A stretch of 63,947 nt of DNA, counting the filler, from Octopus bimaculoides (taxonomy: Eukaryota), in assembly GCF_001194135.2 (NCBI RefSeq). It is 8 parts of 8 records of this genome, joined end to end, with 100 filler letters (N's around TTAATTAATTAA, not from the genome) between each part and the next. Parts side by side here need not be neighbours in the genome. Positions count along the whole stretch, not along the records: positions 53,467 to 56,639 come from NC_068995.1; positions 56,740 to 58,904 come from NC_068985.1; positions 59,005 to 60,741 come from NC_069007.1; positions 60,842 to 62,840 come from NC_069000.1; positions 62,941 to 63,947 come from NW_026307982.1; 3 more parts are not named here. The stretch is one strand, 5' to 3'. Made by a program: the position numbers and the translations under genes. The number at the start of each line of letters is the position of its first letter. Positions within the stretch are counted from its first letter, which is position 1. Shown here one piece after another: positions 55,326-63,947 of this stretch. The notes under the pieces are model-generated. The model made no database searches and was not told where the DNA came from. It worked only from the letters and a program-made list of their open reading frames with translations.

Positions 55326-56319
55326 GGGCAGTCAAGCAGCACATCATGCTGGATTAATATACACATACATACACATACTAGCTGTTGGTATTTGCAGCAG
55401 ATTTATGCAAACAAATAGTCTTTATATATGCATCATAATTATTTTAACATCTGCTTTCTCATGCTTGCATGGGCATAGGAGAATTCACTGGGTCAAATAC
55501 CTTTTCTTTCACCAACCCTCATCTGTTTGCATGCAAGGTAGTATTATTGGCCCCTTGGCTGGACATATTTTCATAGAAGAGTTTATACTTGTATGATGTC
55601 AAGACACAACACACACATATATGTGTTCAATGGTCTTCTTTCAGTTTCTCTCTACTAAATCCATTCATAAGGCTTTATAAAGTAGAAGACACTTTTCCAA
55701 GGTGCCATACCATGGAATTGAGCCTGAGACCATGTGAGTGGGAAACAAACTTCTTAAGCACACACCTATGTCTCCACCTCTCTCTTCCCCCTCTGTCTCC
55801 TGTGTATGTATGAACACACACACACACAAAAGAACATATATGCAAAACAAACCAAAGAAAATAGACCTGAATACCAAAGGTAGAGTGAAATGTAATGTTT
55901 TACACAAACTGCAAAACTTTATAAGCTGTTAATCTCAGTTTTTGCTGAATGCAAAACATGACTCATAAGATTTCCATTCATATGATTTTTCTGAGTCACC
56001 ATCTCAACCTGAACACCAATCCATCACAAGCTAACTCATTTACAGTTGAGTGGACTAGAGCTGCATGAAATGAAGTGCTTGGCTCAAGAATACAACACAC
56101 AGCCAGTCTGGGAATCAAAAACATGATCTTGAAAATGTGACTGCAACACACTGACCACTAAGGTTACACATTGTATTAGTACTTAACATACTTGTACCAA
56201 AGAAAATATTTTCAAACAAAAATTGTTACAGGAATTTAATACCTGAAAATTAGAAACACAAGTCATGAAAAATAGATTAAAGCAAAATGACTGAGTATCA
56301 TGAGTAAAGGGATTTGCAA

Positions 56320-56639
56320 GACTGTGTAGGAGAGAGAATAGTGATGTCGTAGGAGAGAAATGTGTTTGCATGGATGATGGTACGCTTGCACTAAATGAGG
56401 CTGCAAAGAAAGAGGTCTGGAGATGCCACTACGATAGATTGCTCAATAAAGAGAATGAATGGGAGAAATAAAGTCTGCCGTATGTCGACCCAACAGAGGG
56501 ACCAGCTATCCGAGCTGACAGTACCATGGTAGATAAAGCAATTAAGAGTATGAAGACAGGGAAAGCCACCGGCCCATTAGGAATCACTGCAGAGATGCTC
56601 AAAATATCTGGCAGTGTCAGCTATAGCCTAGTCACCCGT
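56320..56639 (+). mobile_element. RTE LINE fragment upstream of RT domain
   Basis: GEKCVCMDDGTLAL...W..HYDRLLN...VDKAIKSMKTGKATGP.GITAEML. Truncated by a gap. Confidence 0.9.
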
Positions 56640-56739
56640 NNNNNNNNNNNNNNNNNNNNNNNNNNNNNNNNNNNNNNNNNNNNTTAATTAATTAANNNNN
56701 NNNNNNNNNNNNNNNNNNNNNNNNNNNNNNNNNNNNNNN

Positions 56740-56784
<45 letters not shown>

Positions 56785-56816
56785 GTATATATATATGTAT
56801 GTTTTAGGGGAGGGGG

Positions 56817-57027
56817 TCATGCACAGAGTTGACGACTTCCGTTCGGACCACTTCCGTTAACCTCTTCAACAGAGAAATTTTCTGCTTCAATAAACACATT
56901 CTTAACAGTTTCCGCTAACTGGCATAACTCATTTACAAACTGCATTTTAAGCAGTAACATCACAAACGGAAAAGAATGCAATCTTCTGTATTTCACTTAT
57001 ATAAACTCCTTTACTACTATTATTATA

Positions 57028-57066
<39 letters not shown>

Positions 57067-57300
57067 TGGCTTTGGTTAGTTTCTTTTTCCTTTTTCTTTC
57101 TTTTTTTCTTTTTCTTTTTATTTCTCACTTCCCTGCCTCTTCGGCAAACACATCAAAGAACCAATTTTTCATTCTTTCTTTCGTTTATCTTTCACCGGTT
57201 AATATTTTTTTAACGGTATTTATTTATTTATTTAGCTAGTTTTGAATTTATATTTTTGTCTGACGCCGCCATTTTTGCAGCGTTCTCATCAATTAGAAAC
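56817..57300 (-). promoter_or_regulatory. Probable promoter / first non-coding exon region of CCDC60
   Basis: Local CpG retention. YY1-type GCCGCCATTTT at 57265-57275. Tandem ETS-like ACTTCCG at 56835 and 56850. Donor GAA|GTGAGA at 57129. Confidence 0.5.
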
Positions 57301-57915
57301 TTTGACATTACATGTATTCAAATACTTTCATAGTTCTATTTTGTCTGATGTTATTATGTCATATTATATTATTTTCTTTCTTTACTTCATTCCTTCTTTC
57401 TTTCTTCTTCGTAAATAACACGTTCTGTCTAATTTATAATAGATAAACAGCTTAAAATGTCATAATTTCTTTCTACACATGTATTCTGCATTCCTTGCAA
57501 TATGATTTACCAATTATTTAGCTCTAACGTGTATTAGAAATCTAATCACACGTTCTTTATTCGAGTTTCGGTTAATTGAAATATGCAACGATGTGCTGCC
57601 ACGTTGAAATGCTAAAGGGATGAACGAGGTAGATATATTCTATCTTACTAAGAACTATACCTCTCTTGGTTGAAGTTCAACTCACACTTGAGGAAATTCA
57701 AACAACCACTTCCAAAGATGCAATACCAATAATGACCGAAGAAGATTTCCCTGGGAAAGATGGATGAAAACTCGTTGTATGACGAGTGTCACGTGTTATT
57801 TGTGCACAAGCCAGAAATGAGTAATTTCGGGTCTAGTGGCAAGGTGGTTTGACCAACACATTTCGGAACAATAATAAAGTGAAAAATAATAAAGTGAAAA
57901 ATTAATCCGGGATCT

Positions 57916-58200
57916 ATTCCTTGATAAATGGATGAACTGATACATAGACCTAAATATAAAGCTAAATGAAAATGATCAAGTAATACTCCCTCACAACCAA
58001 AGGAACGGATTGGTGGACTCGCAATGAAAGTGAACGACACAGAACTGATATCGATTCCCTGACAATTAAATGAGCTGAATCGTGGGCCTAGTATAAATCT
58101 GAACCAGACTGATCTGGTCCCTATTCCGGGGCAACTAGATAAACTCATTGATGGCCCACCAATCTTAGGCTGAACCAAATTAATGTGGTACTTATTCGTA
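57916..58200. repeat. Degenerate 69-bp tandem repeat (4-5 units)
   Basis: Unit starts at 57916, 57985, 58054, 58123 and 58194. Confidence 0.8.
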
Positions 58201-58606
58201 AATGTTAACTGAACTGAGCCAATGTAGAATACTATGTTCCGTCAGAAACACAACGAAGGACGAGCAACAGGTTTGAACTTATGAATACAATATTCAGAAA
58301 GGTTTCAAATTTTGGTACAAGGCCAGCAATTTTAGGAGAGATGTAAAGTCGATTATATCTACCCCAGTGCTCAACTGGTACTTAATTTATCGATCCCGAA
58401 AGCACGAAAGATAAAGTCGACTTCGGCGGAATTTTGAATTTAGAATGTCGTGAGCCGAAAGAAATGCCTCTATGCATTTTCTCCGATCTATTTATTGGCT
58501 CACCACCTTATCAACAATATTTATGATAATTTCATTGTAGTTTCACTGAGTATTTGACTCAGTCAAAGTGTGAAATTAGAGAAACTGCACCGGGTTTTAA
58601 ATATTA

Positions 58607-58702
58607 TTAACTAGCAGAAATACCCGGCGTTGCCCGGGTTAAAGAGAATAATGAAATCTAAAAACGCCGTCTAGACTACGCATCATCTTTATATATAGAG
58701 AT
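58607..58702 (+). mobile_element. Short Helentron/HINE-like element
   Basis: ACTAGCAGAAATACCCGGCGTTGCCCGGG 5' end with hairpin and TATATATAGAGAT 3' end. Confidence 0.6.
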
Positions 58703-59169
58703 GTATATACACACGTATATATATGTATATCAATATAAATATATGAAAGTCAATGAAGTTTTGTAAAAGAAGGTGATCATGTACATACTTTCTTGCTGTT
58801 GTGATTATAACATCTCGTTGTAAACAATGTTCCTTGTTTTCCCTTGTGGAACATATACAAATAGGTTTTTTTTTTTGCTGCCCACTCTTGAGCAGCCAAC
58901 ATACNNNNNNNNNNNNNNNNNNNNNNNNNNNNNNNNNNNNNNNNNNNNTTAATTAATTAANNNNNNNNNNNNNNNNNNNNNNNNNNNNNNNNNNNNNNNN
59001 NNNNTGTGTGTGTGTGTGTACAATATATAAATATATAGTTGTAATTGATTTTAATTGATATTAATTGAGTTTTTACCTGTAATTTTGGATTTTATCCCTA
59101 ATATTATTATATGTACATATACATATATATGTGTGTAAACCAGAAATAGTTTATTAAGATTTCGATCGG

Positions 59170-59312
59170 GAAATCTTTCCGTTCCAGATGCGCCTCGTAA
59201 GGGCATTGTCAATCATTACGACAACGCCAGTCTACAAACACACACTACTTTGCAGGTGTGTTAGGAGTTACCGAAGTCTGGCAGGGAGGTTTTGTCGCAC
59301 CCTCCATATTCA
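59170..59312 (+). mobile_element. Mariner transposase fragment
   Basis: Translates GIVNHYDNAS...REVLSHPPY (HDNARPH / HPPYSP motifs). Confidence 0.7.
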
Positions 59313-60078
59313 AACACAGACTCAAAGACACATAAATGTATACACACATACAAACAGATATACATACATACATACATACATACATACATACATACGGCTA
59401 GCTTCTTTCAGTTTCCATCTTGCAAATCTACTCACAAGGCTTTGGTCAACTCGAGGCTATAATAGGTGCTACACAGAGGAACTCAACCTGGGACCACGTG
59501 CTTGAGAAGCAAGCTTCTTGCCACACAGCCACATAGAATAACGAATGCAGGGTAGCACCTACACTGCTAGAAATAAGAAATAAAACAAACCCTTACAGCT
59601 GCAACAAAGCACATTTTCATATAAAATAATAATAAATTCAAAAGGGCCAGCCTTGTCACTCTCTGTATTGCACTGAGTTTCCCTGGGGACTGTGTTAAAG
59701 GTACGTGTGTCTGTCTGAGGAGTACTCAGCCACTTGCGTGTCAATTTCACGTGTCGGTTATTCTGCTGATCGGGTCAACTGGAATCCTCGTTGCCGTAAG
59801 CGACCGAGTGCCAGTTATATATCAAAGACTAATTAGAAAATATTAAATACTTTGGTATCTTTAAATCCAACTTAACATGGATGCCTTGTTACAAAACCGA
59901 ATACTGCGTTGTCAGCCTTGAGAAATCCTTTCATATAGGTGCTTGGTGCATAAAAACAAACGCTTAGATCGTAGCAGAATCAACTTTTAAGTGTATAATT
60001 GTGTTAAAGTAATTTACAAATACAGTAGGAAGGAATTATTCTGTAGACATCTCAGGTTCATGCAATCTAAAATTCCCA

Positions 60079-60668
60079 GTGCATAAATTTAGCTTGTTCA
60101 CCTGTAGGCTGCGATTTAGCGTGGTGGAGCTAACTCTATCAAAGCGCCGGATGCTAAAACACCTGAAAGTCGTAGGCAGGCGAGACAACTCACTCCAAAT
60201 CTCATTCAGGAGCGATGGATATCGATGTTTCGTCATTTTTGTGGCTTATCAACATCACGTTCCTGAACCGAACCGGAGATGAACTAAATTGCTTGTCCAT
60301 GACTATGTGAAATGATGTAAAAAGAAAACCATTTGCTGGTATACCCGGACGATGCTTAGGAATAAATTCAAACAGGAATTAGAAGCAGCACTAGTATTGC
60401 AAATAGTATCAATGTATAAGCTTTGCTTATTCGCCTATAGGCTGCCATGTGGCGCGGTGGATATGACTCCATGAACGCACCAGGTGTTTACAATAATGGA
60501 GAAACATACAACAATGGAGAAACCTCGATGTCCATCGCCCTTGAATGGGATTTGAGGTGAGTTCTCTCGCCTGTCTATGAGTTTTAGGTTCTTTAACACC
60601 CGGCATTTTGATGGTGTCATCTCCACCACGCTATGTGCAGCCTACCGACGAACAAGCAAAGCACATGC
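60079..60668. repeat. Diverged ~160-bp inverted repeat pair with an internal partial third copy
   Basis: Arms at ~60079-60240 (+) and ~60510-60668 (-) are clearly homologous. Partial + copy at ~60435-60490. Confidence 0.75.
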
Positions 60669-62051
60669 ATTGAGTATGTGTATTTGATAATGTCTACAAC
60701 ACTAATATCAACTGATATATATATATATATATATATATATANNNNNNNNNNNNNNNNNNNNNNNNNNNNNNNNNNNNNNNNNNNNTTAATTAATTAANNN
60801 NNNNNNNNNNNNNNNNNNNNNNNNNNNNNNNNNNNNNNNNNTTCTGATCAAATATAAATAAAAGTTTCTTTTAGCAGATGCAAAAATTGTTATAGGTAAA
60901 TGTTATTTTAGTTGATATCATAGTTATTCTATAAAAAGATATTACATGGTATAAACATTTAATATTTAATACATTTGATAGTTCCATATCAATGGACAGC
61001 TTGTTTCTGTATCATGTATGTGTTTAATTCTAAGTGGTGGAAGAGGAGATAGTCAATCAATTATTCAACATATCATTCAAGTTGTCTTCACTTCAAAATT
61101 CAGACAATCAGATGGATAATAATACAAGGAAAAGATAAATTTTTTTTTTTTTTTGTAGAATGTTTTCATAAAATGACTTGTTTACTTTTTTAGTTTCGTA
61201 TAAAATGTGATTTTGTAAAAAGCTTTTCTTCATTGAAGATTAATGTATATGAATTTGATAATCCAAGAAATTTAACCCTTTTCAGTCGGACCTAGCTCAA
61301 AACACTGAACAGTAGCTCTTTTTCGGATATGAAATTCTTTTTGTCAAGCATCATTAGCATCTTTGAGATCTGCTTGTGTAGAAATAATGTTTTCACAGAC
61401 TGATCAATTTAATTTAATATTTTGGATGATCTCGTCTTTAACACTTTTGATACCAACCTGCTTGAGACTATGGTTTTGTACTACAACTTTCCTGTGTTAA
61501 AGCAGTATACATTAAAATCTTTCATGAAATTTCCATGGTAACTATATTGCAGATTTTGGTTTAATTTGTTAGCATTCAAATTATTCTGTACAATGTAATG
61601 CTTATTTATTCACATTGTTTCAAATTAATCATATATTATCCTGTAGTTTTGAGATTTTGATGAGGTGATTGCTTATTTTTAGAAGGACATTGTAGGGTAG
61701 ATATGAAAGGTTGAATCTGGCTGGCTTGAACAGCTTGGCACCTGTGATGTTGCAACTCATTTCTACAGCTGAGTGATCTGGAGCAACATGAAATAAAGTG
61801 TCTTGCTCAAAAACACAACACGCAGCCTGGTCTGAGATTCAAACTCACAACCTCGCGATCGTAAGCTTGACGCTGTAACTGCTGGTGTGTTTACGGTCCT
61901 GTAACTTAGCGGTTCGGCAAAAAAGACCGATAGAATAAGTACTAGGCTTACAAAGAATAAGTCCCGGAGTCGATGTGCTTGACTAAAGGTGGTGCACCAG
62001 CATGGCAGCAATCAAATGACTTGAAACAAATAAAAAAAATAAAGGAACTAA

Positions 62052-62088
<37 letters not shown>

Positions 62089-62394
62089 TATATATGTAAA
62101 TTTGTAAATATTTTTATTCATAAATATAAATATGTATATATGTGTATGAGTGTGTCTGTGTGTGTATATGCACACACACACACACACATGTGCATTTATA
62201 TGTGTGTGTGTGTGTGTATCTTATCTTTTTGTAAAACTAGTTCATTAATTCTTAAATATTTGTTATGTCTGTGCTGAGTCTAATTCTCTTATCTCTTGCT
62301 TTAGCTAACATGATATTAGTAGTTTTTATAAGGTTTTTTTTTCTTTTTCTTTTTCCTTTCTTCAAGGTTGTCTTGATGTATTTTTCAAACCTGA

Positions 62395-62585
62395 ATTTTA
62401 CGCCAGTTTATTTCAAGTTTTATCAGTTGTTTGTCATTTGTAGCATACAATTTGAAATCAGCCATTAAAAAGAGACTCTTGATTGTCATCCATAACATTA
62501 TATAACTGTATCTAGACTAGTCTATTGAGCTTATCAAAGATGTTAACGTCAGTTAGAGATAAAATGAAGGGAGATAATCCTACTT
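62395..62585 (-). mobile_element. R4-like non-LTR RT fragment
   Basis: LSPFIL...LNR...LLMADFKLYATNDKQL resembles recalled LSPLLF...HLFYMDDLKLYAKNDKQL. Confidence 0.6.
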
Positions 62586-63269
62586 GAATATTCTTTTAAT
62601 TTACAAAGGATTTTGCTGTTATAGTTCTCTCTTTATTTTTTTGATATATCAAATTAGTTCTTATATTTGGTGCAGGCATGGCTGTGTGGTTAAGAACCTT
62701 GATTTTCAGTAATGTGGTTTAGGGTTCAGTCCCACTGCGGTCCATTCGGTAAGTGTCTTCTAGTCTAACCCATCAATGTCTTGAAAATGACTTTAGTAGG
62801 GAAAAATTGTGTGGGATCTCATTGTGTATGTATATATATANNNNNNNNNNNNNNNNNNNNNNNNNNNNNNNNNNNNNNNNNNNNTTAATTAATTAANNNN
62901 NNNNNNNNNNNNNNNNNNNNNNNNNNNNNNNNNNNNNNNNGGAACATAAATTGTGACTAAGGTTTGGTGGAAGATTTTAATTCAGAACTCATGAAAAGAA
63001 AGACATTTCGACTCAGGAACTGAAATTGCTGAGTGGAATGCCTAGGAGTATTCAGCCGTGTTCCTCTCCATTCTGAGTTCAAATCTGGCTAAAGTTGGCT
63101 TAAATTTTCATCCCTCCAGGGTTGATACAATAAGTGCCACTTTTATGCTGCAGTAATCATGTATACTTTAGTGATTAGATTCCTTCCTCGTTAAAGAAAT
63201 TTGTGGCTTAATGCCAACGTTTGCTATCATTGTGAATACAAATTGTAATAACGATTCTAATAATGTTTA

Positions 63270-63650
63270 TAGCAATATCAATCACAATCATGGTAATGAT
63301 GATGATGATGATGGTGGCGGTGGTGGTTGGTGGTGGTTGTGGTGATGATGGTGGTAATGTAACTATCAATGTAACTAGTGATGATGGTGATGATGAAAAT
63401 AAGGTCAGTTATAACGATGGTGTTGCTGATGCTAGAGATGGTGGTAGTGATGATGATAACTGTTGATGGGGGTGGCAGTAAGGATGATGATGATGATGAG
63501 GATGATGGTGATGATGATGGTTATGGTGAGGATGAGGATGATGATGATGATGATGATTTCCATAGTAACAATGATGACAGTGCTGGTAGTGCATCTGGTG
63601 GGGATGACAATAATGATGATGACAGCGATGGTGCTTACAACTGTTGTTGT
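63270..63650. repeat. Degenerate (GAT/GGT)n trinucleotide tract
   Basis: Visible directly. Gives poly-D/M/H pseudo-ORFs. Confidence 0.9.
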
Positions 63651-63947
63651 TATTTTATAATTATAATTATCCCCTTAGAATAAAAGCAACAATAACAGAA
63701 AAACAAAACCAAAACCCTAGGAAAAAACTGAACAAACAGTTGATCTGATATTTTCCTTATTATCTTGTCTTCCCTCGTTTCTCTTGGTTTTACAAGGTTT
63801 TTATGATCCAATTCACTTGAGGAATAGGATATCTAGGTTAGAATCCAGCTCTAAATAAAAGGAGAAATCTTACTTGGGAACTGGATCCAAAACCGGATTT
63901 TCTTTTGTTTTCTTATTTTTTAATTTTTAATTTTTTTTTTTTTTTGG

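Noticed and set aside
57916-58200. CRISPR-like array interpretation of the 69-bp repeat
   Set aside because: Eukaryotic context, contiguous diverged units without unique spacers, and no cas genes.
63797-63860. Plus-strand acceptor followed by FYDPIHLRNRISRLESSSK*
   Set aside because: No upstream plus-strand exons found, and the segment is too short to support.

Overview
AT-rich, gapped eukaryotic draft sequence. The SINE/RTE repeat families and dense (CA)n/(AT)n/(GAT)n microsatellites suggest an octopod cephalopod (inference). One protein-coding gene can be built by hand: a minus-strand CCDC60 orthologue (coiled-coil domain-containing 60) running from a CpG-retaining promoter near 57.3 kb to a polyA signal near 25.7 kb. 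Eleven phase-compatible, stop-free coding exons (52202 to 31272, 1349 nt) include a GC-AG first coding intron and a 30-nt micro-exon. The exons for the conserved C-terminal block are still recognisable (30.5, 27.6, 26.7 and 26.3-26.0 kb) but carry stops and frameshifts. The locus therefore appears to encode a ~455-aa protein whose ancestral C-terminal domain has decayed into 3' UTR. The rest of the window is mostly transposon debris: two mariners with both TIRs, hAT MITEs, a GG-ended MITE with an 8-bp TSD nested in a SINE, RTE and R4-like LINE pieces, tRNA-SINEs, and Helentron and Penelope ends. Two cryptic coding-type periodic relics also stand out: a 72-nt LRR fossil at ~16.5 kb and a 69-nt (23-codon) repeat at ~58 kb. 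Homology statements rest on my recollection of family sequences, not on database searches.
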